Shown here in pieces: positions 25,671-37,258 of a stretch of 64,000 bases of DNA; position 1 is the stretch's first letter; each line of letters starts with the position of its first letter. This stretch comes from Selaginella moellendorffii (taxonomy: Eukaryota; Plantae; Lycopodiophyta): assembly GCF_000143415.4 (NCBI RefSeq), contig NW_003314266.1, positions 3,098,607-3,162,606 of the forward strand. Direction: 5' to 3'. The translations under genes were made by a program, and so were the position numbers. The notes under the pieces are model-generated. The model saw only the letters and a list, made by a program, of their open reading frames with translations, did no database searches and was not told where the DNA came from.

Positions 25671-28600
25671 TCACGCCTCCTCTGATTCAGATTCGGATTG
25701 TTCACCTTGAAATAAAATACATTAGAAACTTAGTAAAGGAATATTAATGAATCTCACCTTGAACCCGGGTTATGAATGCTCTTGCTGCATCTCTTGCATG
25801 GTCTGGCAAGGTGATGGTGGCACTCTGCTTCCGCATCCAACCATGCACAACATTATCCACCGATATGCTCATGCTGGGATCCCTTGGATTCAGCACCCAT
25901 CTCTTTTCTAGGCAATCCTTCGTATATCCGGAACTTGGCTTGAACCACTCCACAGTTACATTGAAGGAGTTAGTTTCCGCGTCCTCCTCTGCATCAGTGA
26001 TGCAGCGCCCCACCCATATCATTTGTTTTTTATTACTGGGTCTGACAAGCACGACCATTCCTTTGCAGACCTGTACTGGATTGAATGCTGAATCCGGCTT
26101 CTTGTTCCTCGGCCCACAATAGTGATCCTCAACATCGTTATCTGTCACTGCATTTCTAGAGGACATTGTTCCGCTACTATCTGGTGCTCTGGGTTCTGGC
26201 CAAAAGGACTCTTCCAATTCTTCATATACAACCGGCCCATTTTGGATAGCAGATATAATCTTCTCCCAGTATTCGAGCAAAGGCTTGCACCTCTTAAAAT
26301 AGGATTCTCCACCAAACACCAACCCCCTCTTCCAGAAGGCAATATGCTGTCTAATCCCGGCCACTATACTTTCCTGGTCTTTGAGTCCATCCGGGTGCAT
26401 CGGCCGTGGGGAACCCTGAGGAATCATAGGTTCCCCAATTATGGGATCTCTCTTGAAGAGTTCAATGCCGTCCACTGGCAGCCACACTGTGTCCCATTCT
26501 CTCATCTTGTACCTCATCACTGGAGCACCGTCACGCATGCTGAAATGAAACTGAAGAGGCTTGGAGTGGCCAATCAGCGTTTCGGATCCGTCCCTGATGT
26601 AGCCTCTTACAAACCCCTTAAAGTCTGGAACCTCTGTCAGAAGTGCAGCTTCAACAGTGCCTTTGATGCAATTTTGGAATTCATCGTAGAGTTGTGGGAG
26701 GGTGAGGACATTGGATCGCCGGAGGGACTCTGCCAGGTGACTGAACATGGCATCGACGTCTTCATGAGTGTGCCCAACCGTGAGAAAGCCAAGTGTAACC
26801 GTTTCAAATATGCCTTTGGCAACAAGCATCGCCAAGTACGCGAAGACGTACATGTTTTTGTTCTCACTGCCAGCATTGTCTGTTTGGAGCAGAAGATGGG
26901 GTGGAAGGCCACATCGGCCGCAAGAACTTCCTTGAGATTCTGCTTCGTTTGGATGAGGCTGTGCATTCACCGGGCGACCAGCCTCGTCGGAATGGCATGA
27001 GGCCTCACGTGATAACCCTACAATCTGACGGCCAACATATTCACTGGGATGGCATGGGGCCCCACGCGATACTACAAGCCTTTGCTCCTCCTCCAGCTGA
27101 ACCCTGTATGGGGTTCGATCAACAAGGGCCTTATGCAAGGGTTGGCCGTTCAGCTCAGTCTGCGCACTTTGCAGAGACCTTAAGTGTTTTGCTAGGGACG
27201 CAATCATCATGTTTGCACCCCCGCCACCCCATAGAGGTACAAAGAAGTTCCCATAGTTCTGGGCACCATGCCCATGAGCGATTATGCCAAACAGAGACAC
27301 AGGCAGCTGCATGGATGAAGAGATTGCCTTGGGGGCAGGATTGAGTCGAGGTAAGCACGTCTTTTTCTGATCCATTTTGTCGTGGATGATGCAGAGGTAA
27401 GAGTCAGGTCTCTCCATGGAGAGAATCCTGTTATGATAATATGCAGTCCTGCAGCTTCTCTGCTCGATGTTGTGGTCGAGCCGCCTTCTAACCAACGTCT
27501 CTCGCTCTTGAGCGCTGCAAGAATTCTTCGACAAAGCCATTTTGATAGCAGTGCACTCGTCACACTTTGAAAAGCTGAAGTACTTTCCTATACTCACATC
27601 CCTGAACCTGTTGCTCCACAATCTACTAAATCTAGATTGGCTCAGCTTCCTGTAGCCATTACTCTGGAGTTCCCGATTCACATCTTCCAATATGGCCCCC
27701 TTGGTATACATGGAAGGGAGAACTCGTTGGGTGTCTCGTGTTCCATCTTCCAAGAGGCGGGTTTTATGTGGTTGCTGCTCGCTACATGTCTCGACAAACC
27801 TCTTGAAGATTGCCTCTCCATATACAACATGACCCCTGGTTTTGTGCGTACCGTCGTTCCCATGGACTGCCTGTTGAACCCTTTGTTCCTCGAACTCAGT
27901 TTTGATTCTGTAGAATGTGGTTCGAGGGACTCCATAAATGATTCTCCATGCCTTCATGCAGACCAAACCCCTCTGGAAGACCATGCCCCCCACCTGATGT
28001 TCTGAAGCATCAACAGATGACCGTAATGCCTCATACACAAAATTGCGAGCTGCCTTCCAGGACAATGTCTTGTATCTTGCTCTCTCCTCTTCAATAGCAT
28101 CCCAATCAGCATGTTGACAGCACCTCCTCTTGCAACAAGCAACTGTCGAGACCATTCGAACCTCCATCGCCATTTTCTGCCTTTTCGGTTTGTTGCTCAG
28201 ATCCCTTTGGCTGCACTGTAGGAAGGTGTACTTTCTTTTCCCATGAAGAGATGTTCTGTCATCAGTTGTAGTGGTGTTTGATTGTGAATCCTTCACATTC
28301 TCAAACACTAAATGCCTCAATTTCCACCGCACAATGCTTCCAATAGTCAGACTGTTTCTTCTATGTCAACAACCTCTAAAATTGCAACTCCAATATCATC
28401 CCAGCCCAATTCTTGATTAGCAACCGCATCTCTTGGATCGACAACTGTGGCTAAGCCCTCAGCTACCACCTCCCCCTCGGGGTTGTTTAGAAACACTTTT
28501 GCCTGAATCCATGTAGCACGGTTCTTAAGATCCACGGAGGGAACATGCGTCGCACTTGCGCTGTCCCCAACATCTGCTTTCTTCTGAAGATTTTTCAAGG

Positions 28601-28811
28601 CAACAACAACATTTACCCCGACGACCATCTCTCCTCGTTCAATAGCGACCACATTCCCATCGAAGACAGTCTCTACTGATACAGCAGCATTGCCTTCCCC
28701 AAGCCTTTCACAGTGTATAACAAAGTTCCGATCCATAGACACAAGGGTCCCTTTTGCAACTCTCTTCCCACCATTCAAAATGTAAACCTTTTCCCCAACC
28801 CTGAAGGCCAT
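25671..28811 (-). CDS. DDD-type transposase (Sola1-like) with two N-terminal Tnp1/En/Spm-like repeats; one frameshift near 28350
   Basis: 862-aa ORF: FSKCDEC, IHDKMDQ (D1), LQTDNAGSENKN (D2), FLTVGHTHEDVDAMFS (D3). Upstream 154-aa ORF has VAKGTL..IHCERLG twice and continues in the shifted frame as TIGSIVRWK. Probable terminal exon GEQSESESEEA* at 25671-25706. Confidence 0.75.
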
Positions 28812-29379
28812 TCTGAAAGTGCAGAAAAGAAGTTAAGACCATACAAAAAATGATTGGAGAATGGCCTAAATCATAACATACCAAACAACCTCAATAGCAT
28901 GAGGCCACATGCCATTATTCAAACATGCTATTGACACCCACGTGAAATTTCGCATTCACAAAATTGGCATGAGCCCTCATGCCATTAGTGGTACCACTAA
29001 TGGCATGAGGCCTCACGCTATCTTTGGCCCCTGCTAGCCTGTTGCTATATTCCTTTTGCCTTGCTGCAACTGTATATATTTTTGTGTGTGTGACTAGTCA
29101 CCCATACAAAAATATATACAGTGTAGCAAGGCAAAAGGAATATGGCAATAGGCTAGTAGGGGCCAAAGATGCAATGAGGCCTCATGCCATCTTGATATAC
29201 ACACAGCTGCAGGCAAGTAAAAACATACATGACAATATGCTAGCCATGAAATTGCAAGGGCCCAAGATGGCATGTGGCCTCATGCCATTTCTAAATGTGG
29301 TCCTAAACCATTCCATGGTGAACATACTAGGAAGCACAAGTGCCGAATATCAAGAGGAAGCGGTAGCCACACCAAAGAC

Positions 29380-29530
29380 AGTGCCGCTCGCAACACCGCA
29401 ACTACTCGTAGCGCCGCTCGCAACACCGCAACTGCTCGTAGCGCCGCTCGCACAAACTGCCACTCGCATAAACTGCCGCTCGCAATGGCGCTCGCAATGC
29501 CGCAACCGCTTGTAGACGCATAAACCACAG
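29380..29530. repeat. 30-bp CpG-rich tandem repeat
   Basis: gcgccgctcgcaacaccgcaact.ctcgta repeated. Confidence 0.85.
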
Positions 29531-30311
29531 CTCACAACGCCGCTTACACAAGCAGCGCTCACTGCGCTCAGCGGAACCAAGAACACGGCGCACAAAAATG
29601 ATAGACCTAGGAATGAGTTCGAGAATTCAAAAATAACACACGCTTGAACGTCACATCAAATCCTCTGACAAACCAGATCTTATGATTCCTCTGACAAATT
29701 TCAAACTGAGTAGCTTCTAGACTTTGCTGTCGGAGGTTGAACTTTGTCACATCATGTCCTTGCCTCGATCCAGCTGTGCCATGTCAGTGATTCGAACTTT
29801 GCCATGCCGTGTCAGCGATCCGCGCCAAGATTATTCGCCGTGTAAAGGAATAATTATGCTGTGTGTGTACGTCCATTTATGGCAATATAAGGCCACACGC
29901 CATTCAAAGAATAATGCTAGTTGAGCATTTTTTGGTGCATTTTTGGGTTCAAAATTGCATGAGCCCACACGCTATAAAGTTTACCTATACCAAAAATAGA
30001 AACAGCTTTATTTACTTGGGAATTTAAGTGGTTGAGGCATTTTTAAACTTACAAACACATGCCCTACTTACATTCCTTTGGTTGCTTAAAATTCAAAAAT
30101 ATTATAAACCTTTCTTTTTGCATTTTCAATGTTTTCAATTATGGTTTTTGATTTTCGCAGGACCAGCCTAGTAATCTATTTGCATCCCGTCATGTTTATA
30201 GCTAGCTTTCGTTTGTCCCCTTCGCTAGTCTGAGATACATCTGCTCGGCATCTGCCTCTTACAGCATTTGCCCAGAAAGGGCATCTTTCTTCACGCAGCA
30301 TTTGCCACATG

Positions 30312-30343
30312 TTTAGGGTTAGGGTTTAGGGTTTAGGGTTTAG
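30312..30343 (+). repeat. Interstitial plant telomeric repeat (TTTAGGG)~4
   Basis: tttagggttagggtttagggtttagggtttag. Confidence 0.9.
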
Positions 30344-31244
30344 CAATTCAGTAGCTTGATAAACATGCAAATACAGAACTTGATGCAAAATCCTTGGATA
30401 TGTCACAATGCCCTTAGGACCATAAACACATTTCAATAGAGAGGGTCCTTTCATTTCATAACTCCTTACGTAGATCTTGGTGAAACCAGAGTTAGTGAAG
30501 TTGGTTTCTTGTGATCCCGCATCTGATTGTGATGTCCCTTTGCAGTGTCGATGGAAAGGTCAATGCACACCAAATTGTAGAATCTTGGAGCAAAATAACG
30601 GTCGGATCTATGGCAAATGCCCCTGAAACATTGTAAGGCTCGTGTGGTCTCATGTGGTGTCCGATCGAGATGCTTCTTTGCAGGGTCATCAAGAAGGACA
30701 TTGTATACCATTCTGTAAAAAATCTAGTTGCGATCTAACGGTTGGATCTCCAGGAAACTCAAAACAATCTCGCGCGTGTCAGAATATTCTAGGAATATAC
30801 TCCTATGTGCTCCTGAAAATGGCATGTGGCCCCACGCCATTCAAGAGATAACGCCAGATGACGCCGAGCATTTTTTGGTGCATTTTTTGGGATCAAAATT
30901 GCATGAGCCCACATGCTTGAACGTCACATCAAATCCTCTGACAATTTATTTAGCTGAACATCTGGCATTTTTGGAAATACAAGATGCTTTGGAATATCCA
31001 ATCATGCATGGTATAAATATAGCGAGGGTATTAAATGATATCCCAATCATGATCTTTCTTTTGGATTTCGCGTGCATGCAGTCCGAGGAATGATGACGTT
31101 GCGGATTTCTTTTGGATTTCACGCATGCGCGCGCCGATCCAGAAATTAATGGTGGCGCCCAAGTCCGAGAAATGATGACGTGGCGGGATTACCAACCGTC
31201 GTGACATTTCACGCGTGTGAGGTTAGGTTTTGCATTTTGCTTCG

Positions 31245-31505
31245 TACTCGCGCTCGCACACTCGCGCTCGCATCGCGCTCCCACTCGCGCTCGCATCGCG
31301 CTCCCACTCGCGCTCCCACTTCTCTACAGGTTTCTCGTGTGCATCGGCGTCCACTCGCGCTTGCATCACACTCGCGCTCGCATCGCGCTTGCATCGCGCT
31401 TGCATCGCGCTCGTGTGCATCGGCGTCCACTTCAAGACACACCCAGTTTGTAACTTCGCCGCCAACTCCGCCGCCCACTCCGCCACCCACTCCGCCACCC
31501 ACATG
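31245..31505. repeat. CpG-rich short tandem repeats upstream of the cargo gene
   Basis: ctcgcgctcgca/tcgcgcttgca arrays and (cactccgccacc)n. Confidence 0.85.
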
Positions 31506-31650
31506 CAGCCCACTTGGCGTCCCGGGAGATTTCAGCGCCACTCTCCAACTGTAAGTGGCAGAGTAGCCTTGCTGCTACGATCCGCTGCACACATAGTGCA
31601 CATTCGCCAGCGAGTCCGGCCTCGATTGTCACGCCTCCATTCGGCTTCAA

Positions 31651-34600
31651 ATGGTAAGTCTTTTAGGCCAAGTAGAAAATGGCATGAGGCCACATGCCAT
31701 TCAGTAGCAACATTGGCATGCACCGATTGGGCTCTCGAGTGCAGTCCGGTTACAGATGGCGTGTAGCCTCACGCCATCTTAGGATGCAGCCTCAAGACAT
31801 CTGATGCAGTGGTGAATGGCGTGTGGCCTCACGTTATTTCCAGCTACTAGCTTTTCATCTGTCAGCTCTAATTGTTGTGCATTTCTGAACAGGCGAGGAA
31901 TTGCGTTCTTCTTCCAGCCACTGTCAATGTGGATGTAGAGAAGGGGGAGGAGCTCACCAGTTGGACTTTCGGGATGGAAGGCGAGGATCTGAGGCTATAC
32001 AACACAGATGGTGGGAGAAAAGAATGCATGGGGATCCTCATCCAAGTGACAGACACTCCATGCAGTTCCATGCAAGAATATGGACTGGCACTTGTGGTAG
32101 AGACAGCGTCTGCCTTCAAGATCCACCTTGCACATCCTAGCGGCTTCCCGGAGGGGGGCAGCGGCTATGAGGAATTCCTAGAGGGAGCTAGGGAGAGGTT
32201 GTCCAGGAGGCCCACAATTTCAAAGACGCTGCGGGTCTATGAAGATCACATGGAATCCACGGACCTCACTTACGGCGATGTTCAAAAACTATATTCCAAC
32301 ATTGAGCCGTTGAGAATGACTCCAGTTCGCGAAGCAAAGGGGAAGGGGGTCGATCTGGAAACTACCTCGAAGCAGAAAAGGGTGGTCAAGCTCAAGCCGA
32401 CGTCCGACTCTCCTGCTCCAAAAAAGAAGCTACTCAGTGATGCCATTGCCTCGGGTTCGAACACTACACCCACCAAAAAGAAGAGCCGCAAAGAGCAGAA
32501 AGAGCAAGAAGAGGCAGCAAAAATCGTCGCAGATAATAGTACTTGTTACTATTCCAACAAAGTATATACAATCGACGTGAGCCGTATCGACATCCAAAGC
32601 AAATACAACCACAGGCTAGTATCTGATGAGTGGGTGGAGAAATTGAAGCAGAAGATGCTGGCAAGTCCAGTAACACCCGACATCGCAGACGTGATCCCCT
32701 ACTACCAAAAAATGAAGGGCGAGATGAGGTTTCCAGACTTGATCAATAGGAAGGTGTTGGACTATCAGAACATCCGGTTCTATGCCGTCTCCGGGCAGCA
32801 TTCTAGCTTTGCGATGCAAGAGATAGTTGTGGATATTATGGTGGGCGAGGAGGTGAAGAAAGTCTTCAAGACAAGAGTTGTCCGCCTGATAAAAGGCAAC
32901 TCGCCCCTCCGATCTATCATATACATCTCCCACGTGCAGAATGTCAAGCAAGAAACGTGCTACAAATCGGGTCTGCACGAGACATTGGCACGAACACGGA
33001 AGCTCTGGGTTCAACTGAAGAAGCCACAAAAACCAGGACAAGGACGTGCACTAGCAACTAGCGCCTGGCAGGTAAGCCTCGTTGTATGTGGCATAGCATG
33101 TGGCCTCACGCCATTTCCATTGCAGGAATTCTCGAGTCTTCTCTCGAAAACACTGGGGGTCAATGACACACTCAGCATCCATAACATTCTACTTGCGACA
33201 AAAGTTGTTTTTGACAAATGGGTAGATGTGCTGAGGAGGTACCATGACGGGGAGTTGCCAAACTCAATGGGTGTGGAGGACGGCCGGAAGCCCAATGATT
33301 TGAAGCTCAACGCCTTGCGTTTCTCGCGGTCTCTAGACGACAACGACCTTCTGACAGTGGCTAATGCTCTTCTACGTGGTGAGGTTGTCTTCAACAAGAC
33401 CAAAATGACTCCCGGCCATATTGTGACATACAAGGACTTGTGCACGACTCTGAGAGCTCGTGCGCTATTGAAGGATTGGATCTTCGAGCAAGTGGCCGTG
33501 GAGAGGGTGAGCATCGACACCACGCAAGAGATGATGGAAGCGCTGGAGTTGTCAAATGAAGACATCGACGAGTACGTGAAGGGGGCCCCCAAGTTCATCG
33601 ATCTGCTGCGGGATGCCACGAAAAGTAAAGCTGAGAAGTTGGATCAGTATCCAAATTTCATTAAGATTGATGTCGACCGCCGGCTTCAGAAACAGCTCGA
33701 CCCCGCAGCAGAGGCCTATCGAGAACCTTACCGGGTATACTTGAATTCGGATGAGGATCAAAGGTGGAGGAGCATCGTTTCCCGCGGAGATGAGCAGGTC
33801 AAGAACATCTTTTGTGTGATGGACTTCACAAACGAGGAGATCACTCATGCAGACGAAGTCAGCTCCATCATTGACTTAATGGTGGGACTTGCGGAGGTGG
33901 AATCTTCAGTCCACTATATGATCTACGACTCCGAATCCTATCACAAGTTCTGGAAGGCCTTGAACGAGGTGAAGGCTCGGTTGAAAGGCAAGGAGATGCG
34001 GGAGATCCATGGGATAATGGCTAAGAAGAAGATACCGACGAATGTCCGCATCTTCATACTCGCCCTTGTTATTGGTCCTGCAGCAGAGTGGGACTGGAGT
34101 GACTTCCCAACTTCGTTCGACAAGGCCAATCGAATTGATCTGAGGGAGGTCAATTTACCCGTGCCTGAGGAACTGAAGACGGCTATGGAGCTTTCGAATC
34201 CAAAGAAAGCTCCAGGTGCAGCATGGGAAATGCTCAGCTGGGTCTTCAACGCAATAGCGGGTGGGTCACCTGCTTCCGACTCCAAGGGCAAATGCGTTGT
34301 CGAGTACAACTGCGGTGGACTATTCTTTCGAGCCGCACTACTCAAGGGTGTCCCGTGTGTTGCGGTGACAAACTCCATTGAAGAGGTGACTTCAATGGAG
34401 CATATAATTACAGTTGCCAAAGAAAAACAGTATCTTCTCTGCGAACCTGGTGAGTACACACTTTAAGTTTAAATGTTATCTCACAAGCTCTGTATGCAGG
34501 AGCGTGGCCACCCCCAGATGCTGAAACGGCATTAACAGCTACTGTTGAAGATACCCATGTTGGGCCGAGCTCACAACCTGCACAAGGTAAGGTCACGTGA

Positions 34601-34692
34601 GGCCTCACGCCATTTTGATTATAGATCGTTGTGAATATTCAGACACGAGGACTGAAAAGCGCACTGGTGGCGCATCGAAGAAGGACAAATAG
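31651..34692 (+). CDS. ParB-like domain plus degenerate beta-class N6/N4 DNA-methyltransferase fold protein
   Basis: ATG|GT at 31651, intron to 31892, in frame with the 864-aa ORF; in-frame 54-nt intron 33072-33125; ParB-like IDVSRI..NHR....WVEKLK..M...YAVSGQHS (GQHS 32793-32804); MTase-like YRVYLNSD..VKNIFCVMDF and KKAP..EMLSW..KGKCVVEYNCGG..AALLKG..CVAV. Confidence 0.6.
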
Positions 34693-34763
34693 ACAAGCAA
34701 TGGGAAAAAAGGAGGTACAAATTATATTTGCAATGGCGTGTGGTCTCATGCCATTCCTTGCAG

Positions 34764-37258
34764 GAGAAACTTCTTCAAAGGCAAAATAGGCAAGCACCAG
34801 CCAAGCTCAAACTGACAGTGGTCATAAAAAGCGAAAGCACGTTGGACAGTCGTCGAGATTAGAGGCGTTTGATTCGAAAAGGAAGAAGGGCAACGAAAAG
34901 ATGATAGGTAATGCCTCGCGGTTATGGCGTGTGTGCTCATGCCATTCATTGCAGATCAAGGGCTGAGTGAAAGCAGGCAGTCACCACCTCATGACTCAGA
35001 TTCCTATGGCGGACTCCCCTTCCCCAATCTCAATGGAGAGGTACAATGGATGAGGGAAGCTTTTCAAGTCAGGGCCACGTTTTTCTCATCTCGTCGTCTT
35101 CGAAGGGTGCAAGAACGTGCAGAAACCATGTTAAGACAGTCGGGTGAGGATAGGGTCCTAGGTCACGCACTAAAACAGGCTATGGATGTCTTGTATTTTG
35201 AGATGGAGACTCGGCCAGATGATTTTCCCAAGATGGTCCTGGAAGAACAAGCCATCCAGCCTGAGCAGCCTATGGAAGAAATGCAGGAGGGGGATGAGGA
35301 GCCAGAGAAAGATAATGAGCAAGAAGAGCAGAAGGACGAAGAGGAGGACGAAGAAGAGGAGGACGAAGAGGACTTGGATGGTCCTCACAATGGTGACGAT
35401 CACAATAACGACGACGACGATGATGACGACGATGGCCAGCCTGAGGTGGCCAAAGAGCGGCGGAGGAAGGTCATACAAGACAAACCATCAGGTAAATAAT
35501 AATACATCCATTCCTAACCTTTTACCATTTCTAACATTGTCCATGTAGGTCGCAGAGCAAATGGTAAGTAGAGATTATTCAGTTGAATTTACAAACTCTA
35601 GCCTTTAGTGTCGAGGAAGGATAGTGCCAAGCAAGGGTCGAAACGTATGTCCAATCCTTCAGAATCAGCAGTGCGCTCAAGTGATATCGGTCCTAGTTCC
35701 TCAATAGCAGTTGATGGTAAATACAGTATAGTCGATTCAATGTGCTAATGAGTTTGTTTTTAGTAGCACGGGAGGATACCATCTCAATCGAAGGGAGATA
35801 TTTGGACATGCATATGGATCCGCCAGTGGACTCGACTTGGCTGCAAGAGTCATCAGAGCTGGTGGAGGCTACTATCCATATCAACGCCAAGCAAGCTGAC
35901 CACGCTCCACTTGATGCTGCCCATACCACTGAGTCAATCTTGTCCACGTATCCAACTGACGGTGACCAGGCGCCATTGGACCCACATGAGGCCGCCCCAG
36001 CCGCCGAGCCGGTCGTATCCTCATTTCCAATGGACTCAACGTGTGCCCAATCGTTTGACTACGCGCCGTTGGAACCTCCATACACCGCCCCTGCTGCCTG
36101 TTCGGTCATGTCCACTTTGCCAACGGAGGCACCAGCTGAAATGGCGTGTGATCACACGCCATCGGAACCACCCCATGCCACTGTTGAGCCAGTTGTACCA
36201 AAGTCTACAGCTGAAATGGCATGTGCCCACACGCCATCGGATGCGATTGACCCCACATTGCAGAGGAGAGTATTTCCGCCCTTCACGTTTCCTCGACCAA
36301 AACCCTCTCAACGACCATCGGGAGCAACATTCGCTAATATTGTAGATGGTAAAATTGACTTGTACCATTTTTTATGCTGACGCATTTCATTTCAGAGTCA
36401 CGGCGAAGGTACTGTATCGTTTTTGATCTGAACGGTGTCCTTTTCTCCCATGAGCGTGGCTCGTCCTCGAATGTCATTGCACCCTCCAAAGCCTGCGGTC
36501 GCAAGTTGGTCAAAAGAGACAGATTCACATTAATCACACGGGAGAAACTGCGGGATCTAATAATGACCATGCGACACTTAAAACAGAGGGCCGGGTTCAA
36601 TTTGCAATTGGGAGTTTGGACATCCATGATGTGCCACAATGCATTAACGTTGCTACAGATGATGCATGATCAGACGCGAGTAATATTACCATTTGACTTT
36701 CTCCTAACGCAGGAGGATTGCTTGACTATGGTCCATGTGAGGGGTAGCAAGCCCATCTTCGTCAAGCCAGAGGCTGTAGTGATGAACCGGACTGCTAGCT
36801 CAAGTGAAATCCTCATCATCGATGACTCGCCGATTAAAACTGCAGTGAACACGCACACATATGCAGTGCACCCCATCTCTTGCAGTATGGAAACTAGGGA
36901 GAAGAAACTGTATGTTCTGGGGGACCTTGCAAAACGGCTTGGAGCGATGGTGATAGAGAACCGGCCAGTCCAGGAGGTGGCTGCAGAAATCAACCAAATG
37001 GCAGATGGAACGGTATATCAGAAGCCATTTGATCGGACAGACACCAGTCATCATTTATGGCATGTATATTGTCTAGCCAAGCACTATCCGCATCTCCATA
37101 ATCTGCTCAACCGGATGGGTTCTTCGACCACTGAACATGAGCGTGGACGTATTAGAGAAGAGATGGCATTACTATTGGGTTTAAATCCTGATAGTGTGGA
37201 GAGTGATGAAATTCCAAGATTATTGTATAGGCGTTGGAGGCAAAAAATAACAGTCTGA
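34764..37258 (+). CDS. Acidic/Pro-rich linker exons and FCP1/NIF-like HAD phosphatase domain, probably the 3' part of the cargo gene
   Basis: CIVFDLNGVL (HAD motif I, DLNG variant), GVWTS, LLTQEDC, KPIFVK, ILIIDDSPIKT in ORF 36374-37258; linked upstream by phase-1 GT-AG introns. Confidence 0.75.

Noticed and set aside
25772-28005. Plus-strand ORFs of 116-292 aa
   Set aside because: Antisense shadows of the transposase; no motifs
30312-30343. Chromosome end or healed telomere
   Set aside because: Only about four units, internal, with unique sequence on both sides; same for 46225-46249
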